Source: Leucoraja erinacea
Lineage: Eukaryota
Direction of reading: 5' to 3'
NCBI RefSeq assembly: GCF_028641065.1
Contig: NC_073408.1
Span: 5,146,001 to 5,210,000, forward strand
DNA length: 64,000 nt
The position numbers were made by a program, and so were the translations under genes. Shown here in pieces: positions 10,457 through 23,333 of the stretch. Each line of letters opens with the position of its first letter. The stretch's first letter is position 1. The notes under the pieces were generated by a model. The model did not search any database and had not been told where the DNA came from. It was given only the letters and a program-made list of their open reading frames with translations.

Positions 10457-13400
10457 TAATAGCATGAGAATGGCAAGTCAATGAAATATCTTTAATTTAA
10501 TTGTAATCTGCTTTAAATACCATGAGGTACATGTATTGATGGACTTTTTGTACTAAAATAATGTAAGCGTTATGTTGGTGCTGTAGACCTAATTTCTAAT
10601 ATGAAAGTTCAATAGATTTATTAGCTTCACGTTTGCTAGCATTTCATACAGGACAATGCAAACCAAAAATGCAGTGTTCAAGAGGATAGCTGAGTGTTCC
10701 CCACCCCCCCCAAAAAAAACTGCAAAAAAGAAGTACCCTTACTTCGTTCTGTTAACCTGAAATAGTTTTGATGTATCTGTTTTTTTGGAATACTGTTAGC
10801 TATGGTGAAAACAAAATGTGGAAATACTCAACAGGTCAGAGGGGTGGTGAAATAAACCCTTAACCTTCAAGATCTATTCTCCAAATGTTCTTGGTTTTGT
10901 AAAGTCGCATGTTTTAACAGCCAGAGAAGGAGGAAGGATGCTTTTCACTTAATGCCAACTGCAGTCCTGGTGTTGGCTGTAATTTATTTGGGTTGTATTT
11001 AGTATTCATGGACTGCTCTAGTGGTTTGGTGTTAAATATAATAGTCTGTGAAGAAAAACAACTGCCTTGGATCCCAAGAAAGTAGGACATCAACTGAAAC
11101 ATGTTTGGTAGCTTTTAAATTTCTGCACGCATTTCCTGTTCCTCTTTTGCCATCTCAAAGTTATAAAGATTTTGCACCCTGGTCTTTATAATAAAGTGTC
11201 TCCATAAGTAATTCTGCGGTTATCACAAATTACCTCCCAACTTAAAACTGAAGCCGCTGAAGACATTTTAGCCATTACAGACTTTAAGTTCACATTAGTC
11301 AATGCCCTGGTGTTCCCTTTTTTTTTTAAAGAAGTACTTTAGGTTGTGGTTTTTAAACTGACTGAAAGTAGTTGCATTATAACATTTAAAAGCCTGCCCT
11401 GCTGTGAAATATAAAAGCTAATTATCTCATATTCAATATATATTCGTTTTATGCCTTTTGGTGTTTAGACATCTGTCCTCAGTATAAAATTCCAGTCACC
11501 TGATGCTGGTTTGTTAGTGTCACGTGTATCAAGATATAGTGAAATGCTTAGTTTGCGTGCTATCCAGTCAAATCATATTGTACATGAGCACAATCAAGCC
11601 ATGTACAAGTACAACAGGTAACGTGAAGAGATAAATAGAGCGCAAAAAATAGTATTACATCGTAATGGCATTACAATTACAGAGTGCAGATTTTTTAAAG
11701 TGTGTGGTCTGCAATGAAAAAGGTTGGAAGATCAGGGCGGCATGCTAGCTCATGGAGCCTGACAACAATGGGGAGGAAGCTGACCCTGAATTTGGTGGTG
11801 TCCTACCAGTGTCCTTGCAGACTTGGCAACAGACAGACAAAATTCCTGGAGAAGGGTCCTGACCAGAAACTTTGCCGATCCATGTTCTCCAGAGATGCAG
11901 CCTGACCTGTTGAGTTATTCCAGCTTTTTGTCTTTTCTCAATAAAAACATTCTCCCTGTATCCAGATACTCCAGCCATGTCAGAAATGTTTACTTTTGAT
12001 GAGATCTCTCCCCATTCTTCAGTGAAAACATGCCTTGATGATCTAGTGTCCTTGTCCTGCCATCTCAGAAATCTTGCTTACATTTTCTCTATAACAGAGA
12101 TAAAGAGTTGCATGCAGTACAATAATTGGTTTGGTCAATCATCTGTATTATTGTGATAAGATATAATCATTCTTATATATCTAGTCAAAGGCTCGTGGGA
12201 TGAAGAGTGACATTGTTTGCTTCTAGTGACTGTTGTACAGGTTAAATCCAACTTTTGAAGCTACGGAACAATGTACTGTAATTCTGCCTGCGTGTTTCTG
12301 AGGTTGGGAATTCCAGGGGTTTTTGTGCCTCAGAAGATTTTCTTTCTTGTTGCTGAAAAAGGGGGGACCTTTAATTCAGAGCCTTTGCCCCCTGGTTTTG
12401 GATATCACCACGAGTAGAATCGTCCTCTCCATGTACGCTTTTCAGAATATAGTTTCAACACAATCACATCATATTCTAAATTCCTATCAATATGGACTGT
12501 TCTTGCTCAAACTTTCCTCATATCTCAGCTTTTTTGTCTCAAAATATATGAGAAACTACAGATGGTGGAATCTTGGGCAAAAAAGATTCAGTGTCGGGTT
12601 AGGGAGAGAAGGCAGGAGAATGAGGCTGAGAGGGAAAGATAGATCAGCAGTGATTGAATAGCGGAGTAGACTCGATGGGCCAAATGGCCTAATTCTGCTC
12701 CTATAACGTATGAACTAACTGCTGGAGGAACGCAGTGGGTTGGGCAGCATCTGTGGAGTGAAAAGGACAGATGGCCTTCAATCATAATAGTAAATTATTA
12801 GCCAAGTATGTTTTGCAACATACGAGGAATTTGATCTGCCATACCAGTAAAGAGCAACAGATCACCCAAATAATGTTATAACATGAATATCCACCAAAGT
12901 GACTCCCTCCCATTCCTCACTGTGATGGAAGGCAAAACAAGTTCAATCTTCTTCCCTTCTTTGAAAGATCATTAGTCCAATTCCCTCGACAGATGGTGCC
13001 TGACCCGTTAAGTTCCTCCAGCATTTTATTTTTTGCTCTGCCTCGGGAATTAATCGTGTGAACTTTCTCTGAACTGTCACCAGCATAATTATATCTCTCC
13101 TTAAACAAGTAAACCAGTATTCTAGGTGTGGTCTTATCAACATACTTCACAGTTACTTCCCTACTTTATAGTCTGGCTCATTACAGTATATGCCCTGTTA
13201 TTTCTGGCATTCAGCAGATAACACAGCTATGCTCACAGTTGCAGGGAATGGTATCCACTTCCCCAATCAGTTTATTGTAAAAGTACACTAGGTTCACATG
13301 TCCTTCGAAGTAGGTGCTGTCTTTAACCAGTATGGCTTGACTCCATGCCCTCTTATCTGACTCCTATAATGGCCTAACAAACCATTCAGTTGTGTTAGAA

Positions 13401-13514
13401 CCACTACCTTAAAGCAGAGTAAAAATAACATCAGATGGATCGACTGCCATTGATCTCAAATCCCAACTTTAACACTGCCAGCCTAGTTAAGCCTTCGGTA
13501 TTCTTGTGGGCATC

Positions 13515-14083
13515 TGGGAGCTGGACTGGTGAGCTTACTAATCGCAAAGGGACTGGCAGGCCAAGGAAGACCCCCACAGCTGATGACAGAAGAATTCTCT
13601 CTATAATAAAGAAAAATCCCCAAACACCTGTCTGACAGATCAGAAACACTCTTCAGGAGTCAGGTGTGGATTTGTCAATGACCACTGTCCGCAGAAGACT
13701 TCATGAAGAGAAATACAGAGGCAAGATGCAAACCACTGGTTATCCGCAAAAAATAGGATGGCCAGGTTAAATTTTGCTGAGAAGTGCTTAAAAAAGCTAT
13801 CACAGTTCTGGAAATAGGTCTTGTGAACAGATGAGACAAAGATTAACTTATATCAGAGTGATGGCAAGAGCTAAGTGTGGAGGAAAGAAGGAACTGCCCA
13901 AAGTCCAAAGCATACCCCTCATCTGTGAAACACGCTGGTGGGGGTGTTAATGGCATGTATGACTGCTGAAGGTACTGGGAGTTTTTCAAAGCTAAAAAAT
14001 GGTTAATTCTTGAGTGGCCAAGTCAATCACCCGATCTGAACACAATTGAGCGTGCCTTTTATAAAGAGAAAATTGAAGGGGAC
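13515..14083 (+). mobile_element. Decayed Tc1/mariner transposase fragment
   Basis: GRPRKT..DDRRI (HTH region), TVRRRL, TDETKINL (first catalytic Asp), VKHAGG and WPSQSPDLN-like motifs, interrupted by stops and frameshifts. Confidence 0.9.
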
Positions 14084-14786
14084 TATCAATCAATCAATCA
14101 GATTTATTCATCACATACATAATAAAGTGCAGTGAAACGAATTTGCCAGCAGCGGTACAATCAAAAAAGAACACACAATACACAATAAAATTTAACACAA
14201 ACATCCACCACAGCATTCATCACTGGTGGAAGGCACAAAAGTACAGTCAGTCCTCCATTTTTCCCCCATGGTCGGGGCCATAAATCTCCGCAGTTGCCGC
14301 TGCGGGCGGCCAGATGTACAGGCCCTCTCGTCTGAAATATGTCCCGAATGGAGGGCACTCTACCAAATAACTCAAAATTCAAGTAGCCCTTGCTTTCCCT
14401 CTCTCTCCATTCCCTCTCCTTCCCGGTTCTCCTACCAGTCTTACTGTCTCCGACCACATTTTATCTCTGTACTGCACATTCCCCTGACATCAGTCTGAAG
14501 AAGGATCGTCACCCGAAACGTCACCTATTCCTTCTGTCCCGAGATGCTGCCTGTCCCGTTGAGTTACTCCAGCATTTTGTGTCTATCTTTATACCAAATA
14601 ACTCCTTTGTAATCCATAGATGTACATTCTCCAACATAAAGGACAGATTCATCAGAAGTTTACTGTATAGTTATATAGCTATATCTTCAGATGGGAGCTC
14701 TGAAAATTCTCATGGTATTAAGTTAAGCACAAGCATAGGAACAATCTCCCGAACATCACCTGTGGGCATCCCTTGGCTGACAATTT

Positions 14787-15049
14787 GACGAGATGAGAAG
14801 AACTTTTTTCACACAGAGAGTGGTGAATCTCTGGAACTCTCTGCCACAGAGGGCAGTTGAGGCCAGTTCATTGGCTATATTTAAGAGGGAGTTAGATGTG
14901 GCCCTTGTGGCTAAGGGGATCAGGGGGTATGGAGAGAAGGCAGGTACGGGATACTGAGTTGGATGATCAGCCATGATCATATTGAATGGCGGTGCAGGCT
15001 CGAAGGGCCGAATGGCCTACTCCTGCACCTAATTTCTATGTTTCTATGT
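14787..15049 (+). mobile_element. CR1/HER1-like LINE 3' end
   Basis: FFTQRVVNLWNSLP coding remnant, GGCCGAATGGCC hairpin and (TTTCTATG) tail. Confidence 0.85.
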
Positions 15050-15916
15050 AATTTCCTCCACGCTGAATAACATATGAAGAAAGTGCCACTTGCATGTGTG
15101 GCACAAAGGTTTAGTTTAGTTTATCTTTGTCACATGTATGAGGTACAGTGGGAAGATTTTGTTTGTGTGCTATCCAGTCAACGAAAAGATAATGCATGAT
15201 TACAATCTAGCTGTCCACATTGTGTTTCCACTAACTGGGTAGCACGCAACAAAAGCTTTTCACTGTCCCTCGGTACACGTGACAATAAACTAAACTATAG
15301 ATGAAGGAGAAAGGGCACAACACAGCAAAATATAACACTGAAGGCTATGAGGATATATGAGGTAGATGGGAGGTTAGTGCCACACTCTAGATGATTCGAT
15401 GAGCGTTCAGTTGCCTGATAGCAGCTGGAAAGAAGCTGTCCCTGATCTGGAGGTATGCATTTTCAAACTTCTACACCTGTCTGATGGGGGAGGGGAGATG
15501 AGGGAGCGACCGGGTGTAGCTGCCAGAATTGGAAGATCTACACTGAAAATCAGCACACTTGCATGAATTTCATTTTAATCATAATGGTAGAATTGTGAAT
15601 ATTTGAGAAGCTGATTATCCGCGACACTTACTTGAGGCATTTGAAATGTCAGAACATCGTGAAGATAAAGACATTATTGGATTATAAAATGCTGAAAGCC
15701 TGCTCTTAATTTGTTGTGAAGATTATTGGCAGGCTGAAGTATAAGTGGATCCAGCTACGTTTCTAAGCTGCACGTAGAAGAATGAGTCGGATAAAAGGAA
15801 ATTAAGGGAAAAAAATGACTTCACTTTAACAGATTCTGTGCCTTTTGTGAGAAATGTGTGGATGGACAAATGATATTTGGACGTTGTAAAGTTTAAACAC
15901 ATGCTTCTTTTAATAG

Positions 15917-16073
15917 AACTGTACTACGACCGAGGAAATCACCATGAGTTTGTGTCTCTGGTAAAAGATCTGGCCCGACCTGGTGAGATGACACAATCCC
16001 AAACATTTGACTTTGAGTTTACACATGTAGAAAAGCCATACGAGTCGTACACTGGTCAGAATGTGAAGTTACG
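15917..16073 (+). CDS. VPS26B: VPS26B exon 2
   Basis: aatAG acceptor and CG|GTGAGT donor, 157 nt. ELYYDRGNHHEFVSLVKDLARPGE...YTGQNVKLR. Confidence 0.97.
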
Positions 16074-16137
16074 GTGAGTCCAGCCTCTTTGGGTCTTGTT
16101 ATTATTGTGAAGAATGCAGAATTAATATTTGTTTTAT

Positions 16138-16420
16138 GCACGGTGGTGCAGCGGTTGGTAGAGTTGCTGCCTTACAGCGCCTGGGTCCCGGGTTCGATCC
16201 TGACTGAGGGTGCTGCCTGTACCGAGGGTTTTTTTACGTTCTCTCCATGACCAAGTGGGTTTTCCCCGGGTGCTCCGGTTTCCTCCCACATCCCATAGTT
16301 GTAGAGGTTTGTAGGTTAATTTACTTTGGTTGTAAATTGTCCCTCATGTGTAGGATTGTGATGGTGTATGGGGATCGCTGATTCGGTATGTCCAAGGGCC
16401 TGTTTCTCTAAATTAAACGA
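16138..16420 (+). mobile_element. V-SINE/HE1-like SINE
   Basis: tRNA-like head with GGTTCGATCC B box. Confidence 0.8.
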
Positions 16421-16593
16421 AAGTTCATCTGCGCAGAATAATGCTCCCAACAGATCGTCAGCTAATTTAAATGATATTATAATGTTTGCTTCCTGTGCGC
16501 CAAGGGATTACGTTTGAGGATTATAATCTGGAATTGCATTTCTTTCACATTCTGTACTTTGGAACAAAGGAAGCTGAAGGGCAATGTAATAAA

Positions 16594-16793
16594 GTGTTCA
16601 AGGAACTGCAGATGCTGGAAGATCAAAGGTACACAAAAATGCTGGAGAAACTCAGCGGGTGCAGCAGCATCTATGGAGCGAAGGAAATGAAGAAGGGTTT
16701 CGGGCCAAAACCCTTCTTCAGACTCAGTCGCCTATTTCCTTCGCTCCATAGATGCTGCTGCACCCGCTGAGTTTCTCCAGCATTTTTGTGTAC
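16594..16793. mobile_element. Penelope-derived inverted-pair element with 15-bp TSD
   Basis: GGGCAATGTAATAAA at 16579-16593 and 16794-16808; internal inverted arms. Confidence 0.8.
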
Positions 16794-17181
16794 GGGCAAT
16801 GTAATAAATCTACTTAACATTATGAAGCATAGATAGACTCTTCCAGTTCATGCCAGTTCCTTCAGCAGAAAGGTAATATAAATAATGGTACGGTTGTTCA
16901 ATGTGGGCAGTGAAGAGGGAAACATATTTTCACCGATATAGTGGTGGTGGGGGTGGGGGGTGGAACTTGCTGCCTTTAAACGTTGATGGAGGTAGAAGTC
17001 CCTTTTACATGCAAGAAGAGAATTGCTGTAACCAATAGGGGTTATTTGATAAGAAGTGGGATTATCTTAAATAGCTTTTATGGGCTGGCATTAATGCAGT
17101 GGGTTGTGCTGGAACTTGTCTTTTGTACTGGAAATGTCCATGACAAGCTCAGTGTTTTTCTTCCACATCTCCCCAATTCAG

Positions 17182-17346
17182 GTACTTTCTGAGAGCAACC
17201 ATCAGCCGCAGGTTAAACGATATTACCAAGGAAACGGATGTCGTTGTGCACACCCTCAGTACGTACCCTGAGATGAATTCATCGATCAAAATGGAAGTTG
17301 GGATTGAAGACTGCCTACACATTGAATTCGAATACAACAAATCAAA
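17182..17346 (+). CDS. VPS26B: VPS26B exon 3
   Basis: ttcAG acceptor and AA|GTATGT donor, 165 nt. YFLRATISRRLNDITKETDVVVHTLSTYPEMNSSIKMEVGIEDCLHIEFEYNKSK (read by hand, absent from the ORF track). Confidence 0.96.
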
Positions 17347-17910
17347 GTATGTGTCATGAAAACCTGCTGTTTTCAATGTATTGGGAAAGGAAGAACAAAG
17401 CTGCATGTAACCATATGAGAATATCATGAGTGACAGGATCTGGAACAAGACAAACTTGATTAAAGAATACAGGTTATGTGTTAGTTTCATACAAGCGGAA
17501 TCTCTTTCTCGTTGTGATTGCCTCGGCTTAGCATTCTACGCCTTATTGATTTAGATTTAGATTTAGATTCCTTTATTGTCATTCAGACCTTTTGGTCTGA
17601 ACGAAATTATGTTGCCTGCAGTCGTACACAGAACCAATAAAAACAAAACATACAATAAACACAAATTAAACATCCACCACAGTGAGTTCACCAAGCACAT
17701 CCTCACTGTGATGGAGGCAAAGTCTTAGTCTCCGTCTCTTCCCTCCTTGTTCTCCCTCTGTGCTGAGGCGATCGATCCAGGCCGGAGATGTCGCCCTCCA
17801 GTCCAGCGGACCTCTGTGGTGATGTCGCCGCCGCCGAAAGCCGGAACGCCGTCTCCGCTCAGAGACGGCCCTCCACAGCATCAGCTCCAGGCAGCCGCCC
17901 CAGATCCGGG

Positions 17911-18136
17911 CAGCCGCCCCAGCTCCGGGTCCTGCAGTCTCCGCTCCAGGCCGCCGCCCCAGCTCCGGGTCCTGCAGTGTCCGCTCCGAGCCGCTGCCCC
18001 AGCTCTGGGTTCTGCAGTCTCCGCTCTGGGCCGCTGCCCCAGCTCCGGGTTCTGCAGTGTCCGCTCCGAGCCGCTGCCCCAGCTCTGGGTTCTGCAGTCT
18101 CCGCTCTGGGCCGCTGCCCCAGCTCCGGATCCTGCA
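17911..18136 (+). repeat. 40-bp GC-rich minisatellite (~5.6 copies) with 80-bp higher-order alternation
   Basis: Unit CCGCTGCCCCAGCTC(C/T)GGGTTCTGCAGT(G/C)TCCGCTC(CGAG/TGGG). Confidence 0.93.
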
Positions 18137-20258
18137 TGAATTGAGAAGCTCATATTCTCCATGTGGAATTATTACAGCAAGGAAGGAGGCAATTCAACCT
18201 GTATCAGTTCTATGCAAGAACAGTCCAACACGTCTTGCTCCAGTGATTTCCTTATTGCCCATGTTTCCATGTTTTCTTACGACATTGAGCAACTGTGTCA
18301 ATGCTCACACTTCGATCAATGCAGTTCTCCCGTGTATTTCCCTGTAACTATTTTTGCTTGTGGCACATTAGCTCCAGGATGATTCCCCCACCGCCTACCC
18401 ATGCTTAGGATAGTTTGTGGTAGGCAATTAATCGACCAATGAAAACATCTTTGAGATATAGGAGAAAATGAAGTCAAAGATTGCACAAACTCCAGACAGA
18501 TATTACCCAAGATGATGATCAAACTTGGGCTGCAGGAGTGGTGAGGCAGCAGCATTACCTGCTGCATCACTGGGCCTTCCAGCCCCTTGTGAATGCGACA
18601 TTTGAACCCGCTCCCACTTTTAACAGAAATGTGTTTCAGGCCAACACTCTGAGCAGAATTGAGAGAGGTCGGTACTCAATGTCCTGTTTAAGACAGTTGT
18701 CGAATAAGACAGTTACCCAAAGCTAATCTGCTTTGGGTGTAAAAGATCCTGTTATAATAAGTCAAAGAATAAGAAGGTGATTAACCCCAATGTGCCAACG
18801 AATGTTGTTCCCTTAATCAAACCACCACAAAGTGCAACATGAAATGCGCAGATGACATTTCAGGTCAGGACCCTTCAGAATTAAATCCCTTAAATTTCTC
18901 TTGGGTCAGATTATCTGTATTTTATTTTTGTGTTGTTGTTTGTGGGTTATTGCTTATTGGTGTGAAGCTATAAATGGTGGAAATTACTGACGTCCCAGCC
19001 TAGTGTACAAATGTGAGTATATTTGTGGTCCACTTCTTTAGAATTTGCTAAGATAATTGGTTCACAGTTTTTAAGATTAGTGCTGTCATATCTTTAGTTT
19101 AATTTAGACATACAGCGTGGGAACGGGCCCCTTTGGCCCACTGAGACCTTGCCGGCCAGCAATCACCCGTACACTAGTTCTAACCTGGAATTTACAGAGG
19201 CCAATTAACCTACAAACCTGCACAGTCTCGACCCGAAACGTCGCCCATTTCTTCTCTCAAGAGATGCTGCCTCACCCGTTGAATTACTCCAGCATTTTGT
19301 GTCTTAACTTTAGTAATAATGACCATGGAACAAACTCCTGTGTTGCCTTTTAGTTCACTGGTCTGCTGGGGAGGAAGTCTACCATCCTTGCTTGGTCATG
19401 TCTGAATGACTCCAAACCCATCTATATCCCCGAGTCTGAATAGCTTAGCAACTCTCTTAGTTATGTCACAACTGCTAAGTTTGGACACCGTATTCTGATC
19501 TGAAAATGTTCCTGGAAAGTGTGTTTAGATTTATGAAAAATCCAATGCCATGTAATGAGATTTGATGGTTCGAAGATTGAATCGGATGTTTTATTGACCT
19601 TTTGGATTTTACGAAGTGTTTTATGGATGTGCACAATTTAGTTGACATATAGCAACAAATTTGGTGTATTCTGAAAACTGAGGCACCTTGCACAACTCAA
19701 CCTTACACTGTCTAATTTCTGTTCTGCCTTATAAAGTAATAGCAGCAGAGTTCATAAGTGATAGGAGCAGAATTCAGCCCATCAAGTCTACTCCACCATT
19801 CAATCATGGCTGATCCATCTCTCCCTCCTAACCCCATTCTCCTGCCTTCTCCCCGTAACATACTTGATGTGTTGGTTTGAAGAATGATGTATTTATTTTT
19901 AAATAATCTATTTTTTTACTTAATGCATTCCTTCCATATTTTACACACAAATGCTAAGTGAGGATTTTTAAAACAGCAGGGAAATACAATAATTTTTTGT
20001 CTGTAAAAACTACTAGTACCAGATTGAACTATGCTTTTAAAGTGAGATTGTCTTATTAATTCAACAAAGTGATAGCTGTTAAAGCACATACAGAGTAAAA
20101 TCAGTCTCACCTCACCAAATTAGTCTTTTCTATTAATGGTGAAACCGGTTCATAAACTGGTAGAGATTCCAGAACAAACCAAAGACACAATAACAGAAAA
20201 AGGAGATTTAAAAACTTAGTGTGTGTGAGTGTTTAATTTTTATCTCCTGCAATTCCAG

Positions 20259-20434
20259 GTACCATTTGAAGGATGTAATTGTGGGGAAGATATATTTCTT
20301 ATTAGTTCGCATCAAAATCAAGCATATGGAAATTGACATCATTAAAAGGGAGACTACAGGAACTGGACCAAATGTGTTTCATGAAAATGACACAATAGCA
20401 AAATATGAAATAATGGATGGAGCCCCAGTCAGAG
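20259..20434 (+). CDS. VPS26B: VPS26B exon 4
   Basis: ttccAG acceptor and G|GTGAGT donor, 176 nt. YHLKDVIVGKIYFLLVRIKIKHME...YEIMDGAPVR. Confidence 0.97.
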
Positions 20435-21226
20435 GTGAGTATGTGAAAGTCAGGAGTTCAACTGTAAAATGTGGAATTGTAAAACCTTTTGAGTTTGGTT
20501 TGGAGATACAGTGTGGAAACAAGCCCTATGGCCCATCAACCTACCACAACCAGAGAGCAGTCCTGAACTACTATCTACCTGATTGGTGACCCTCGGCCTA
20601 TCCTTGATCGGACTTTGCTGACTTTACCTTGCACTAAACGTGATTCCCTTATCATGTACCTACACACTGTAAATGGCTCGAAATCATATTGTATTGGCTT
20701 GCCGCTGTCTGGATAGCACACAACAAATGTTTTTCACTGTACCTCAGTACATGTGACAATAAACTAAACCGGATGGGGCATCTTGGTTGGAATGGACAGG
20801 GTGAGCTGAAGAGCCTGTTTCCGTACTGTATAACTCTATGACAGGTCGTTTTTTCCCCCGGAAATATTGCATTACATTAGTAAACCAGTTTGTGTGTTCA
20901 AGAAGGAACTGCAGATGCATGTGTGTGTGTGTGTGTAGCTGGTTTCTTCTACCAGGTTTTCAATTCCAGTTTTGTACAATTGTTATTGATTTTTTTTTGT
21001 GAGACTCATTCTCTGATTTGTTCGTAGTCTGCTCAGATTGTCAGACCATTATCAAACCTACTGCTTGAATGTAATCTGGGATTTCGCTAATGAAGCTCTG
21101 ATTCTCTGCAGTGTTGTGATATCTCTATGTGAGAGGTTGATGTACATGCCCTCGCTGTGTCCTGTGACTCCACCTTAAAGCCTTGTTCATCATGTATCAC
21201 AGAGCATTGCAATTGACTTTTCTGCC

Positions 21227-21619
21227 AGTTAAACAAGTCGGTGATCATCACACACTGGAGCAAAACCAGAGAAAAGTAATTGTTCTAGTACTGTGGATGA
21301 GTTCTAAGCTAATTCCTGGTCGTGCTTGCTGCACTGCTGTCTGTAAGGAGTAAGCTATTTAGAACGGAGACGAGGAAACACTTTTTCTCACAGAGAGTGG
21401 TGAGTCTGTGGAATTCTCTGCATCAGAGGGAGGTGGAGGCAGGTTCTCTGGATGCTTTCAAGAGAAAGCTAGATAGGGCTCTTAAAAATAGAGGAGTCAG
21501 GGGATATGGGGAGAAGGCAGGAACGGGGTACTGATTGGGGATGATCACCCATGATCACATTGAATGGCGGTGCTGGCTCGAAGGGCCGAATGGCCTATTC
21601 CTGCACCTATTGTCTATTG
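21227..21619 (+). repeat. Direct repeat copy 1 (non-CR1 head plus CR1 3' end)
   Basis: Near-identical to 22303-22691, including the junction CTGCTGTCT|GTAAGGAGTAAGC. Confidence 0.9.
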
Positions 21620-21680
21620 TAAAATATAAAGTTATCAATTTGATTGATCCAGGTTTATAGGTTTGTTTTGTGTTGTTTAG

Positions 21681-21823
21681 GTGAATCCATTCCTATCAGA
21701 CTTTTTCTGGCTGGCTATGAATTGACTCCATCCATGAGGGATATCAACAAGAAGTTCTCTGTACGGTACTACCTCAATCTTGTTCTTATTGATGAGGAGG
21801 AAAGGAGATATTTCAAACAGCAG
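21681..21823 (+). CDS. VPS26B: VPS26B exon 5
   Basis: gtttAG acceptor and CAG|GTAAGT donor, 143 nt. GESIPIRLFLAGYELTPSMRDINKKFSVRYYLNLVLIDEEERRYFKQQ. Confidence 0.97.
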
Positions 21824-22302
21824 GTAAGTATTAAATGATGCACAAGTAACTGTGTTTTAGTTTCTAGCACACCCAAGATTTATTAGCCAGCAGCTCTGTT
21901 TTGTGCAGAATTTAAGGCTCAACAAAAAATTTCAGGCTCCTACTCTGTAGTTACACCTTGCTTTGCCTGGTTAAAAGGAGGGGGGGGAAGGGGAAGACCC
22001 ATCACTACTGAGGTTCCCTTGTAGGAGGGGGGAGCAGTAAGACCCAGCAGAGTACAAGGTTATTTCCCGGGATGGTGGGACTGTCATGTGCTGAGAGAAT
22101 GGAGCAGCTGGGCTTGTACACTGGAGTTTCGAAGGATGAGAAGGGTATCTCATTGAAACATATAAGATTGTTGGCTTTGGACACGCTAGAGGCAGGAAAC
22201 ACTTGTTTCCTGTTCCCGATGCTGGGGGAACCAGGGGCCACAGTTGAAGAATAAGGAGTAAGCCATTTAGAACAGAGACGAGGAAACACTTTTTCCTCAC
22301 TG

Positions 22303-22691
22303 AGTTAAATAAGTCGGTGATCATCACACACTGGAGCGAAACCAGAGAAAAGTAATTGTTCTAGTACTGTGGATGAGTTCTAAACTAATTCCTGGTCGTG
22401 CTTGCTGCACTGCTGTCTGTAAGGAGTAAGCCATTTAGAACGGACACGAGGAAACACTTTTTCTCACAGAGAGTGGTGAGTCTGTGGAATTCTCTGCCTC
22501 AGAGGGCGGTAGAGGCAGGTTCTCTGGATGCTTTCAAGAGAGCTAGATAGGGCTCTTAAAAATAGCGGCCAGGGGATATGGGGAGAAGGCAGGAACGGGG
22601 TACTGATTGGGGATGATCAGCCATGATCACATTGAATGGCGGTACTGGCTCGAAGGACTGAAAGGCCTACTCCTGCACCTATTGTCTATTG
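22303..22691 (+). repeat. Direct repeat copy 2
   Basis: See copy 1. It is preceded by another CR1 fragment at ~22050-22300. Confidence 0.9.
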
Positions 22692-22976
22692 AGTCAGACC
22701 ACGTGCTGTCTGCATCGAGGAGGTTGTGGGCCTGGTGCTGAGCCTGGAACGCTGGTGAGGTGACACCTCCGGCCCAGCCGGTGGAGAGGTGAGGGTCGGC
22801 GGAGTCGCTGGTGGAGAACCGTGAGGGGCTGGAGTACAGATAGCATGGGTGGTCCCCGGGAGACAGTGAAGGTCAGCGACAGTGGCGGCGAGAGTCGGCA
22901 GCTGCGGCAGTTTCGGTCGGTCCAGGCCGGGAAGCCGGTGAATGTTGTTGCTGCTTATCGCGGTTGCTGCTCATCT

Positions 22977-23078
22977 CCAGTAAGTATTGATGGTTTCTTG
23001 TAGGCCCGGAGCTCCATCGCTGGGCCGTGGCCCAGCGATGGAGCTCCGAGCCTGCAAGAAACCATCAATACTTGCTGG
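22977..23078. repeat. Near-perfect inverted repeat (50-bp arms, 2-nt spacer)
   Basis: Arms 22977-23026 and 23029-23078; 47/50 positions are Watson-Crick complementary. Confidence 0.95.
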
Positions 23079-23195
23079 GTTTTGGTTCTTGAAAACGTGA
23101 TTTTTGGACCTTGAAAGTTGCTGAAAAGTCCTTGAATTTACAGCTGTTCCAAGTGTACAAACCTGCTTCATGTGTCTCCCTATTTTACTTTGCAG

Positions 23196-23333
23196 GAAAT
23201 CACTTTGTGGCGAAAAGGAGACATAGTTCGAAAGAGTATGTCCCACCAGGCCGCCATTGCGTCTCAGCGTTACGAAGGGTCTGCAAATGCTGAAAGCAAA
23301 CCTTTGATTTCAAATCTAGATGCGGATAACTAG
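23196..23333 (+). CDS. VPS26B: VPS26B exon 6 (to stop); total CDS 1002 nt, 333 aa
   Basis: ttgcAG acceptor. EITLWRKGDIVRKSMSHQAAIASQRYEGSANAESKPLISNLDADN*; GDIVRKSMSHQAAIASQR is the VPS26B-type tail. TAG at 23331-23333. Confidence 0.96.
   Translation, partial: EITLWRKGDIVRKSMSHQAAIASQRYEGSANAESKPLISNLDADN

Noticed and set aside
17666-18347. ORFs of 70-130 aa in VPS26B intron 3
   Set aside because: Derived from the 40-bp minisatellite and the adjacent repeat.
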